From a virus (lineage: Duplodnaviria > Heunggongvirae > Uroviricota > Caudoviricetes), in IMG/VR virus record IMGVR_UViG_3300009502_000023, positions 1-37,730 of that record: 37,730 bases of DNA; one strand, given 5' to 3'. The translations under genes were made by a program, and so were the position numbers. The number at the start of each line of letters is the position of its first letter. Positions within the stretch are counted from its first letter, which is position 1. Below the pieces are notes generated by a model, which was not told the origin of the DNA, ran no database searches, and saw only the letters and a list, made by a program, of their open reading frames with translations. Positions 9,877-17,478 of this stretch are shown piece after piece.

Positions 9877-10301
9877 GCAAACGAGTTTTAATCTTGGAAG
9901 ATGATGCTACTCGAGTAATAGCATTTAAGAAAAATCTAGTTGGTCTTTCTGTCTATGTTGAAGAGACTGCAACTGGTGCAATTCATAAACTAAACACTGA
10001 GTCATGGGATCTTCTTTTACTTGATCATGATCTTGGTGGTGAACAGATGGTTAGTTCTGATAATAAGAATACTGGATCAGAAGTTGCTAGATGGTTAAGT
10101 GAGAATCCGGATAAGAAACCACCAGTAATAATTCTTCATTCATTCAATCCTATTGGAAGAAACAATATGAAAAAACTATTACCAGAGTCAGCAATGATTC
10201 CTGGTATATGGACTCAACTTACTTCAGAAATAGTATTAGAAGAAAATTTTAATACTTTTGTAAAAAACGAAGCAGATCATCAAAACAGGTACTCACAATG
10301 A
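9873..10301 (+). CDS. stand-alone receiver-fold protein, cyclic-phosphate-processing receiver type
   Basis: VLILEDD..R, LLLLDHDLGG, IILHSFNPIG..NM motifs; no output domain. Confidence 0.75.
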   Translation: MSKRVLILEDDATRVIAFKKNLVGLSVYVEETATGAIHKLNTESWDLLLLDHDLGGEQMVSSDNKNTGSEVARWLSENPDKKPPVIILHSFNPIGRNNMKKLLPESAMIPGIWTQLTSEIVLEENFNTFVKNEADHQNRYSQ

Positions 10302-10735
10302 GATCGTTTCATATTGGGTTTACTGGAACTAGAACTGGAATGACGGATAAGCAAAAATCTTATCTTCAAGAATTCTTGGAGTCGATAATTACAGTTTGTC
10401 AGTTTCATCATGGAAGTTGTATTGGTGCTGATAAAGAAGCTTCTGATATAGCTGTTATATTAGGGATGGAAATCATTGTACATCCTCCTTTAGATAAAAA
10501 AAATATGGCGCCATGTACCGGTAAGGAAGTAAGAGAACCCAAATCATATGGAATTAGAGATCGTGATATCGTCGACGAATCTGATTGGTTAATTGCAACA
10601 CCAAAAGGATTCAATGAAGAATTAAGATCTGGTACATGGCAAACAGTTAGGTATGCAAGAAAAGTTAATAGAAAAACAATGATTATTTATCCAGATGGAA
10701 CTACAGTAATTGAAAATGATAAACTGAGTTGGTAA
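10298..10735 (+). CDS. SLOG (Smf/DprA-LOG) family protein
   Basis: IGFTGTR.GMT, FHHGSCIGAD, RDRDIVD, SGTWQTVRYARK. Confidence 0.75.
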   Translation: MRSFHIGFTGTRTGMTDKQKSYLQEFLESIITVCQFHHGSCIGADKEASDIAVILGMEIIVHPPLDKKNMAPCTGKEVREPKSYGIRDRDIVDESDWLIATPKGFNEELRSGTWQTVRYARKVNRKTMIIYPDGTTVIENDKLSW

Positions 10736-10746
10736 GGAGTTTTAGA

Positions 10747-10947
10747 ATGAGTACAACTGATCTATGGAAAGATTTTACAATTGAGCAATTGGTTATTGAA
10801 CGAAAAATTCGTCAGGATTGGATCGATGGAGATGAAAATGATGGTCGGTTAAGTACTGGAAGCAGTGCTCAACTAGATATGTATTGTGATGAGATTGATG
10901 AAATTAATGAAATGTTAATACGTAAGGGGGTTCCACCAAGTGTATGA
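10747..10947 (+). CDS. hypothetical protein
   Basis: ATG 10747 after AAGGAG. Confidence 0.6.
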   Translation: MSTTDLWKDFTIEQLVIERKIRQDWIDGDENDGRLSTGSSAQLDMYCDEIDEINEMLIRKGVPPSV

Positions 10948-11110
10948 ATTTGATTATTTTGATTTTCATTCTGTGATAGTTCCTATTGGATATCAAAGAT
11001 TTGAATGTCCAATTTGTAATTTCACTTGTTCAAATGAAGTTGATTTTGATAAGCACGCCGACGAAGATCATAAAGTAGAAAAAATTGAAAATTCATGGTT
11101 GTTTGAGTAA
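10940..11110 (+). CDS. 56-aa C2H2 zinc-finger protein (missed by the ORF track)
   Basis: GTG start after AAGGGGG; CPICNFTCSNEVDFDKHADEDH = C-x2-C-x12-H-x4-H. Confidence 0.65.
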   Translation: MYEFDYFDFHSVIVPIGYQRFECPICNFTCSNEVDFDKHADEDHKVEKIENSWLFE

Positions 11111-11117
11111 AGAAGAG

Positions 11118-11191
11118 TGGGGGATGATGTAATGGTAGCATAATCGCCTTTGACGCGATTCGAATGGGTTCGAGTCCCGTTCCCCCAACCA
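11118..11191 (+). tRNA. tRNA-Gln(UUG)
   Basis: Acceptor TGGGGGA/TCCCCCA, anticodon arm ATCGC-CTTTGAC-GCGAT, TTCGAGT loop, CCA. Confidence 0.95.
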
Positions 11192-11207
11192 TTAAGAAAG
11201 TATTTTC

Positions 11208-11984
11208 ATGAGCGAAATCTTTATTACCTCTGATCTTCATTTTGATCATGCTAATGTAGCGTTACATTGTGATCGAAATAAATGGATCTGTCCTAATCCT
11301 TTTTATGATTCAACTAAACCATATCATTTTAAATTCAACAACCCAAAAGCAGTTCGTATTGATCAGCACAATGAAGACCTAATCAACAATTGGAATTCTG
11401 TTGTTGGTAAAAGAGATGAAGTATGGATTCTTGGCGATCTTGCTTGGAAACGTCATAGTCATTTTATTATGGCTCTAAATGGAAAGAAATTTCTTATTAG
11501 AGGAAATCATGATAAGATGGACTTAAAGGCATATAATCTTTTTGCTGAGATTGGCGGAGCAAGATATCAATATTCTTTCTTTACTCAGATCCAAAAGCAA
11601 CAAGTAATGCTTTCCCACTGTCCTTATGAATCATGGTTTTCCTCATGCCACGGAAGTTGGCATATACATGGGCATTGTCATGCTCGGCTTCGAGAACGAC
11701 CCGATCTTCTTCGTATAGATTGCGGTGTTGATTGTTGGGGATATTTTCCAGTACCATGGGAAGTAATTCAAAAGAAGATGACAATTAAAGAACAGATGAA
11801 AAAAGAGTTCTTTAGTTCTAATTGTCACCGAGATCCAAATAATTCAGATTCTAATCTAAATATGAGAGAAGTTCAAAAACAGAATATTCAACTTATGATT
11901 GGTGCTGGAATTAAAGTAGAGCAATCAATAGTTTCAGAAGAGAAAATGATTGATTTTGCTAAAGAAGATCTTGATGAGGAATAA
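11208..11984 (+). CDS. calcineurin-like metallophosphoesterase
   Basis: SDLHFDH, LGD, GNHD, SHCP, HGHCH, DCGVD motifs. Confidence 0.9.
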   Translation: MSEIFITSDLHFDHANVALHCDRNKWICPNPFYDSTKPYHFKFNNPKAVRIDQHNEDLINNWNSVVGKRDEVWILGDLAWKRHSHFIMALNGKKFLIRGNHDKMDLKAYNLFAEIGGARYQYSFFTQIQKQQVMLSHCPYESWFSSCHGSWHIHGHCHARLRERPDLLRIDCGVDCWGYFPVPWEVIQKKMTIKEQMKKEFFSSNCHRDPNNSDSNLNMREVQKQNIQLMIGAGIKVEQSIVSEEKMIDFAKEDLDEE

Positions 11985-11996
11985 AATTCGATTTAT

Positions 11997-12120
11997 GAGG
12001 CTGTAGCTCAGACTCAGATACTGACTCTATCGGAATCGGCCGATAACGACGAGTTGGTTGAAGATCCATGAGCGCTAGTTTACTAGAGGACGTCGGGGTT
12101 TATGGCCGACCAGTCTCTCC
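11997..12120 (+). ncRNA. aberrant tRNA-like structured RNA (expanded D-loop, collapsed anticodon loop)
   Basis: GAGGCTG/CAGTCTC acceptor, TA-GCTC...GAGC D-stem around ~60 nt, CTAG-TTTA-CTAG, AGGAC, GTCGG/CCGAC stem without TTCRA; no CCA. Confidence 0.55.
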
Positions 12121-12139
12121 CTACTTAGAAAGAAAACAA

Positions 12140-12448
12140 ATGGAAACCAAGTACTTTGAATGCGCCTGCTTTAGTCCAGAACACACTATCCGATTTGTTA
12201 TAGATGATGATCCAGAAGATTCTTGTCTATATCTTGAAGTTCAATTAATCCAATATCGAAATATTTTTAAACGAGTTTGGGTTGCTGTTAAATACATCTT
12301 TGGATTTCGTTCCCGGTGTGGTCATTGGGATTGTTGGTTGTTAGATGAGAGAGATACTCAAGGATTGATAAATTTGTTACAGCAACATCAAGAACTTATG
12401 AAGAATAAACAACAACCGAAATTTATTGGTAATCCGAGAAAGGATTAG
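12140..12448 (+). CDS. hypothetical protein
   Basis: ATG 12140 (METKYFECAC) avoids overlap with the tRNA-like element. Confidence 0.7.
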   Translation: METKYFECACFSPEHTIRFVIDDDPEDSCLYLEVQLIQYRNIFKRVWVAVKYIFGFRSRCGHWDCWLLDERDTQGLINLLQQHQELMKNKQQPKFIGNPRKD

Positions 12449-12450
12449 TT

Positions 12451-12828
12451 ATGGTAGCTATTTCTTTTACAACACCAGACCTCGATCCAAATGATACTTG
12501 TTTAGCAATACCACCACCCGAGAGCACAAGAGATCATTTAAGATTGATGGAAGCTATTGATAGATCTAATCATCCCGATATGAGTTATTGTGTTACTGAT
12601 ATGTCAAATACTCTTGCGACATTCAGATCAGCCTCAATATATGATGTAGTACAAAGAGAAGACCAACAAAAATTTGATGCTAATCTCGGTGAACGATTAA
12701 AAGAAGAGAAGAAAGAATTGACACACGAGCGTGATCAAATTCAAAGAAAGTATCCTCGAGATAATCGTTTGATTAATATGAATCGTCGATTGAAAGAGAT
12801 TGATAGACAGTTAGTAGGAATGAGATGA
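12451..12828 (+). CDS. hypothetical protein, coiled-coil C-terminus
   Basis: 125-aa ORF, coupled to its neighbours. Confidence 0.65.
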   Translation: MVAISFTTPDLDPNDTCLAIPPPESTRDHLRLMEAIDRSNHPDMSYCVTDMSNTLATFRSASIYDVVQREDQQKFDANLGERLKEEKKELTHERDQIQRKYPRDNRLINMNRRLKEIDRQLVGMR

Positions 12829-13010
12829 GTGACCATCAAACCAGATGGAATGAACTTAGAGAAATTACTAAAAAACATAAAATGGTACTTATAACTGCAA
12901 CCGAATGTACAGTTAATAGACCGTATTATCGAACAAAAAATGGTTTACCCAAACCATCATATGAAATTGTTATTATAGATTATATGGATCTGCTTGTACG
13001 GGAGAAATAA
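12825..13010 (+). CDS. small protein with DnaB/gp41-like motif fragments
   Basis: ELREITKKHKMVLITATE and IVIIDYMDLL resemble helicase motifs H3 and H2; ATGA overlap. Confidence 0.5.
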   Translation: MSDHQTRWNELREITKKHKMVLITATECTVNRPYYRTKNGLPKPSYEIVIIDYMDLLVREK

Positions 13011-13304
13011 ATGGATAACAATGATCCAAATATGATGGAGCCGTATGATAACAGAATTAAAATTATACCTCCTACAGGCACGACAATTGCTGATGTCAAT
13101 TCTATGTGTAACAAGATAAAGAAAGATTTTCTAAGTCTTGATAATATCGACTGCAAATATCAACCCAGAACTATGCTTTGTATTGCTAAATGTAAACATA
13201 GAGAACGTACTTGGTGGGTGTGTAGAGAATTATGTGATGATTTTAAACCCTATCCGGGAACTGAACACTGGGTGGAAGAGTTTAAAAAACAAATGAATAA
13301 ATAA
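13011..13304 (+). CDS. hypothetical protein
   Basis: 97-aa ORF after GGGAG. Confidence 0.6.
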   Translation: MDNNDPNMMEPYDNRIKIIPPTGTTIADVNSMCNKIKKDFLSLDNIDCKYQPRTMLCIAKCKHRERTWWVCRELCDDFKPYPGTEHWVEEFKKQMNK

Positions 13305-13318
13305 AGGTATAGGATTAT

Positions 13319-13393
13319 GCCTCTATCGTCTAGTGGCCAGGACAGATGCTTTTCAAGCATCGAACCGGTGTTCGATTCACCGTAGAGGCGCCA
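13319..13393 (+). tRNA. tRNA-Glu(UUC)
   Basis: GCCTCTA/TAGAGGC, GATGC-TTTTCAA-GCATC, TTCGATT loop, CCA. Confidence 0.95.
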
Positions 13394-13398
13394 ACTAT

Positions 13399-13472
13399 GA
13401 AGAGCAGTGTGGGTCGAATCCCACTGGGGCGGAGACGCCTTGTGATGTAATAGGAAGCATAGCTCTTCTCCA
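13399..13472 (+). ncRNA. circularly permuted tRNA-like RNA (stem, T arm, closed acceptor-like hairpin, D arm, stem, NCCA)
   Basis: GAAGAGC/GCTCTTC terminal stem + T + CCA; GTGGG-TCGAAT-CCCAC; TGGGGCG-GAGA-CGCCTTG; TG-ATGT-AATAGGAA-GCAT-A. Confidence 0.7.
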
Positions 13473-13492
13473 ATTTCTTTAGGAGACTCGAT

Positions 13493-13756
13493 ATGGAAGT
13501 CAAGACAGTAATTAAATGCGGTAATATCGACATGGGAGTGTACTTGTTGGACGACATCAAAGCCCGCCTTAACGATCGGCATCTGAAAGGGTCCATCTCT
13601 GTGATCAAATCCATCGAAAGCGATGGGCACACATGGATCACGATCGTAATAGAGTTTCCGCGCGAGTTCAATCAGGAATTGATGAATGATGCCACGACAT
13701 ACATCAAAGGGCTTGTAACTGGTATTCTACTATGGTCTGGTGTGGAAGTTATTTAG
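13493..13756 (+). CDS. hypothetical protein (visibly more GC-rich codons)
   Basis: AGGAG RBS; many C-ending codons. Confidence 0.75.
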   Translation: MEVKTVIKCGNIDMGVYLLDDIKARLNDRHLKGSISVIKSIESDGHTWITIVIEFPREFNQELMNDATTYIKGLVTGILLWSGVEVI

Positions 13757-13799
13757 TGACGGATTCAATATTGTAAATTGAAACCAGAAAGAAAATCTA

Positions 13800-14171
13800 A
13801 TGACTAAAAACAATGCGATAAGTCAAGGACTCAATTTTACTGGAGTATATGATCGTTTTAAAGACGAAGTTAATAAACAACTTGTTGATCTTAGAAAACG
13901 ATATCCTGATTGTAAATTTTATTTTGTTTCTGAACCTGATGATAAATTAAGTAGGGGTGGTGGGGGCGGAATTGGTTATAGTATTTACGCCGATAAAAGA
14001 TTTTTTGCACACGAACAAATTCAACGAAATACTGATTTTATAACAAAAGAATATCCTCAAACTTTAACGTATTTAACCGAAAAATATAATAAAGATATGA
14101 AAGGATTAGAGGTTAAAAAAATTAGAGCAGAAAGTTATATAAAGGAAGCACAATTGATTTTAGATAGTTAG
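13800..14171 (+). CDS. hypothetical protein
   Basis: 123 aa; its TAG is followed in frame by an endonuclease remnant. Confidence 0.65.
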   Translation: MTKNNAISQGLNFTGVYDRFKDEVNKQLVDLRKRYPDCKFYFVSEPDDKLSRGGGGGIGYSIYADKRFFAHEQIQRNTDFITKEYPQTLTYLTEKYNKDMKGLEVKKIRAESYIKEAQLILDS

Positions 14172-14423
14172 ATATTAGATAGTTTAAAAATTAAATGGAT
14201 CAGACCCAATCCACTCGCATGGGTTGATTCTAATAATAAAATTCATATGTATTATCCTGATTTTTATCTTACAAATTTCAATACATATTTAGATCCAAAA
14301 AATCCATATTGTATGATTAAGGATGAAGAAAAAATGAATGAAATATCAAAAAAATATAAAATTGTTTTTGGTGATATTTCTATTGTTAAACAACATATTA
14401 TTTCATTGGTCAATAAGAATTAG
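14172..14423 (+). pseudogene. start-less C-terminal remnant of a TnsA-like PD-(D/E)xK endonuclease
   Basis: Hand translation ILDSLKIKWIRP...HMYYPDFYL...YLDPKNPY...DEEKM; same signature as 17479-18171. Confidence 0.7.
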
Positions 14424-14476
14424 ATTATGACAGATCCACTTCTCTTCTTTTGAATAAACTAAAAAGGAGATTAGCA

Positions 14477-14791
14477 ATGGTTAAACCAGAATCTCTTCGT
14501 AAAGTTCTGTATTCAATTACTAAGGATTGTCATTGCAGAGATAATATCGATCCATACTGTCTCTTGATTGAACTTGTACTTTCTTTGGGGAAAGAACCAA
14601 GATTTCTAATTCAGACTAAATGTGTAGAGAAATTCAAGTATGAACTAGGAAAAGAATTAGATAGAAAAGTAGAGTGGTGTGAAGCTTTTACAAGATGGAT
14701 CGATGATGGTTATGCAAAGAAATTTGATAAGGAATATAACGAAGAGCTTCCATTTGAAGAAATTTATTCTAAGGTGAGACCTAAAAAATAA
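14477..14791 (+). CDS. hypothetical protein
   Basis: ATG 14477 after AAGGAG. Confidence 0.7.
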   Translation: MVKPESLRKVLYSITKDCHCRDNIDPYCLLIELVLSLGKEPRFLIQTKCVEKFKYELGKELDRKVEWCEAFTRWIDDGYAKKFDKEYNEELPFEEIYSKVRPKK

Positions 14792-14805
14792 GTTAGGGGA
14801 TCATC

Positions 14806-15357
14806 ATGAATTATGATTTTATTCGAATTGATGATATAATGAAGGTAATAGATAAGTTACCACTCTGTGAATACTTTATCGAAACGAGAAAAAAGGCTGA
14901 ACGAAAATCTGTCATCTCTTGGTTATCAGTATGTGACAGAGATACGTTACAGTATATCAATCAAATCTATGACAGAATACATAATCCTGTTTCTGAATTG
15001 AATGTGGGTAATGATATATTCGAACAAGAAGATGTGTATAAAGATAGTACTGGATATGATGATAATGAAGAATACATTCATCCATTTACTAGGGAACCAT
15101 TAAATGATGCAACTGATTTACATACCATGGTAGTTCTTCTTTTACTATGGGAATCTGGACGAACAGAATTGCCAGAAGGTGTCGATGTAAAACAAGCAGT
15201 TGAAGAGATACTGGAATATTCAGTTGCTGAGATTTTGAGACGTGAAGGTTTAGTAACGTTAAAAGGTACTGGGTTGTTTTTCGATAAGAAGTTTAAGGCT
15301 GTACCGGTTAAATCAAAGAAACTGAAAAAGAAAACTAAAACCTCGAAAAGGAAATAG
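14806..15357 (+). CDS. hypothetical protein, basic tail
   Basis: 183-aa ORF. Confidence 0.65.
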   Translation: MNYDFIRIDDIMKVIDKLPLCEYFIETRKKAERKSVISWLSVCDRDTLQYINQIYDRIHNPVSELNVGNDIFEQEDVYKDSTGYDDNEEYIHPFTREPLNDATDLHTMVVLLLLWESGRTELPEGVDVKQAVEEILEYSVAEILRREGLVTLKGTGLFFDKKFKAVPVKSKKLKKKTKTSKRK

Positions 15358-15363
15358 GAATTT

Positions 15364-16173
15364 ATGTCTATCGACACATCCAAATTTGTCTCGTCTGAAC
15401 GATATCAAGAAATAAGTCTTCGTCTTGAAAAAATTGAGAAAGATGAAAATGTTCGAATTCTCTTTGCTTGCGAATCTGGAAGTAGAGCATGGGGATTTCC
15501 ATCACAAGATAGTGACTATGATGTAAGATTTATTTACGTTCATCCCATCAACTGGTATCTTTCAATTCAGGATCGTCGAGATGTTATTGAAAGACCATTA
15601 GAAAATCTAATTGATGAGAGTGGGTGGGAACTTAGAAAAGCACTTCGTCTTTTGAAGAAATCAAATCCACCACTTTTAGAGTGGATGCAATCATCAGTCA
15701 TTTATCGTTCTGATTCTGATTTTGTAAATTCATTTAAACAACTAATGACCAACTATTATTCTCCTCGTCAATGTATGTATCATTATTTACATATGGCGAA
15801 AGGTAATATTCGAGAATATCTTAAAGGTGAACGAGTTTGGACAAAGAAGTATTTTTATGTACTTCGACCAATATTAGCTTGCCGGTGGATTGAATCTGGT
15901 CTTGGTATTGTACCAATGGAGTTTCAGATATTAGTTGATTCTGTAGCTTGTCCTCCTGATATCAGAATGTATATTAATCGACTTCTTGAAGATAAACTTA
16001 CTGGTCGAGAAATGGATGATGGTCCTAAAATTGTTGCATTTCATAGATTTTTTGATGATGAGATCAGAAGGATTGATTCTATAGTTAAAGATATACCTGT
16101 CGGTAATCAATCTGACTATGAACTCTTCAATGAGTTATTTAGATCGATGGTTGGTAAGTATATAGAGGACTAA
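15364..16173 (+). CDS. Pol-beta superfamily nucleotidyltransferase (RlaP/YcgL type, RNA-repair associated)
   Basis: LFACESGSRAWGFPSQDSDYDVRFIYVH (GS..DxD), GWELRKALRLL, KKYFYVLRP. Confidence 0.85.
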   Translation: MSIDTSKFVSSERYQEISLRLEKIEKDENVRILFACESGSRAWGFPSQDSDYDVRFIYVHPINWYLSIQDRRDVIERPLENLIDESGWELRKALRLLKKSNPPLLEWMQSSVIYRSDSDFVNSFKQLMTNYYSPRQCMYHYLHMAKGNIREYLKGERVWTKKYFYVLRPILACRWIESGLGIVPMEFQILVDSVACPPDIRMYINRLLEDKLTGREMDDGPKIVAFHRFFDDEIRRIDSIVKDIPVGNQSDYELFNELFRSMVGKYIED

Positions 16174-16174
16174 A

Positions 16175-16303
16175 ATGACAGATAAAGAATATAGAAAGAA
16201 AAATAAAGGACGAGTTGATCCATGGATGATTGGAAGATATCTTAAATGGTATTTATTAAAGAGAACTTGTAAAGATAAGAAAGTGATAGAAAAGATTGAT
16301 TAA
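16175..16303 (+). CDS. small basic hypothetical protein (42 aa)
   Basis: MTDKEYRKKNKG...EKID*, starts 2 nt after the upstream stop. Confidence 0.4.
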   Translation: MTDKEYRKKNKGRVDPWMIGRYLKWYLLKRTCKDKKVIEKID

Positions 16304-16339
16304 TTTTTAATTTGAATAAATTAGGTAAATGAGTATCAA

Positions 16340-16415
16340 GCCCGTATAGCTCAGTTGGTAGAGCTCGAAATTTGTAATTTCGTGGTCGTTGGTTCAACTC
16401 CGACTGCGGGCTCCA
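16340..16415 (+). tRNA. tRNA-Thr(UGU)
   Basis: GCCCGTA/TGCGGGC, CGAAA-TTTGTAA-TTTCG, CCA. Confidence 0.95.
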
Positions 16416-16433
16416 GTCTCAAAGGAATTTACA

Positions 16434-16808
16434 ATGGCTTCTAAAATGTATATCCTAATTAAAGACAATATAGATCTTGGTCATGCAATTTTGGGAGCAG
16501 CTCATGCATCTCTTAGTGGTTATCTAACTTTCTTGAAACAGGAACACAGTACAAGACAGTTGTGTCACGGAGAAAGTCCTTATGAGATTCCAACTAAGGT
16601 AGAGAAATGGGTCGATGAATCATTCCGTAAAGTTGTTTGTAAAGTATCTCAAACCGAATTTGATAAGTCAAAGACTTATTTCAAAGAAGGTTCTGAATTT
16701 CGAATTATGAACGAATGTGGTCTTGAAGGTAATCCAGAAATTGCAATTGTGTTTGCGCCAAGAGAAGAATGGCCAAATTTCTTTAAATCATTGAAATTGT
16801 ATAAATAA
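16434..16808 (+). CDS. peptidyl-tRNA hydrolase 2-like protein
   Basis: KMYILIK..LGHAILGAAHA, W...FRKVVCKV, EIAIVFAPR pattern of phage Pth2-like proteins; ATG 16434 after AAGGA. Confidence 0.65.
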   Translation: MASKMYILIKDNIDLGHAILGAAHASLSGYLTFLKQEHSTRQLCHGESPYEIPTKVEKWVDESFRKVVCKVSQTEFDKSKTYFKEGSEFRIMNECGLEGNPEIAIVFAPREEWPNFFKSLKLYK

Positions 16809-16817
16809 TCGAAGTAT

Positions 16818-16893
16818 GGGACCATAACTCAGTCGGTAGAGTAGTACACTTTTAATGTACGAGTCGCGAGTTCGATTCTCGCTGGTCCTACCA
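16818..16893 (+). tRNA. tRNA-Lys(UUU)
   Basis: GGGACCA/TGGTCCT, GTACA-CTTTTAA-TGTAC, CCA. Confidence 0.95.
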
Positions 16894-16905
16894 TTTAGGA
16901 AACCA

Positions 16906-17121
16906 ATGAAAGAACATCTTAAAAAACTTGAGGGTGTAAAAGGAATTACTGATGCAATCCATAAATTAGAAAAGAGATTGCGTCATATTCAAGATACGTG
17001 CGAGCATTCAAGAGTCAAGAAAATACATCATTCTGGTGATAGAGATAATAATGTATATTATTGGACAGACTTTCATTGTCTTGAATGTGGTAAGAATTGG
17101 AGTGAAGACGGAACAAAGTAG
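16906..17121 (+). CDS. hypothetical protein, possible Zn ribbon (CEH...CLECG)
   Basis: ATG 16906 downstream of tRNA-Lys. Confidence 0.65.
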   Translation: MKEHLKKLEGVKGITDAIHKLEKRLRHIQDTCEHSRVKKIHHSGDRDNNVYYWTDFHCLECGKNWSEDGTK

Positions 17122-17130
17122 GAGTTCAAA

Positions 17131-17319
17131 ATGAAAACAATTCATGTTAAGGGTACTGTTGTATATCCAATTTATATTGACCAAGATATTAAAGTTGTAG
17201 ATGATTCATCAACAGAAACAATCAAAGCAACGGTTATTGATATTGCTGAACGATTTTTGGATCACGGATGTGTAAAACCAACATTTCAAACAGAGTTGAT
17301 AATTACTGAGAAGAAATGA
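17131..17319 (+). CDS. hypothetical protein
   Basis: AGGAG RBS; 62 aa. Confidence 0.65.
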   Translation: MKTIHVKGTVVYPIYIDQDIKVVDDSSTETIKATVIDIAERFLDHGCVKPTFQTELIITEKK

Positions 17320-17325
17320 TTTCTT

Positions 17326-17403
17326 GGGCCGTTACCTTAGCCTGGTTAAAGGGGGACACTCATAATGTCTTTACCGTGGGTTCAAATCCTGCACGGCCCA
17401 CCA
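17326..17403 (+). tRNA. tRNA with CAU anticodon, probably Ile2 (lysidine type) rather than Met
   Basis: GGGCCGT/ACGGCCC, loop CTCATAA; C4:G69 and C5:G68 match the E. coli TilS determinants. Identity inferred. Confidence 0.85.
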
Positions 17404-17439
17404 TTTAAAATTTTAGCTCAGATAATAAGAGCTAATAAC

Positions 17440-17477
17440 TTGATATACTAATAGAACAAATAGAAAAGGTATATTAA
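17440..17477 (+). promoter_or_regulatory. RBS-occluding hairpin with TAGAACAAA motif in the loop
   Basis: TTGATATACT (17440-49) pairs with GGTATATTAA (17468-77); motif at 17452. Confidence 0.55.
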
Positions 17478-17478
17478 A

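Noticed and set aside
11997-12120. Functional tRNA with an archaeal-type BHB intron in the D-loop
   Set aside because: I could not draw a clean bulge-helix-bulge, and removing the insert still leaves no 7-nt anticodon loop or TTC loop.
13399-13472. Calling the permuted RNA a canonical YrlA Y RNA
   Set aside because: The terminal stem is only 7 bp, the GNCGAA-type Ro-binding motif is only partly matched, and no Ro60/TROVE gene is visible.
13962-13985. G-rich run in ORF 13800 as a phase-variable tract
   Set aside because: It encodes a Gly5 linker with mixed codons; the longest G homopolymer is only 5 nt.
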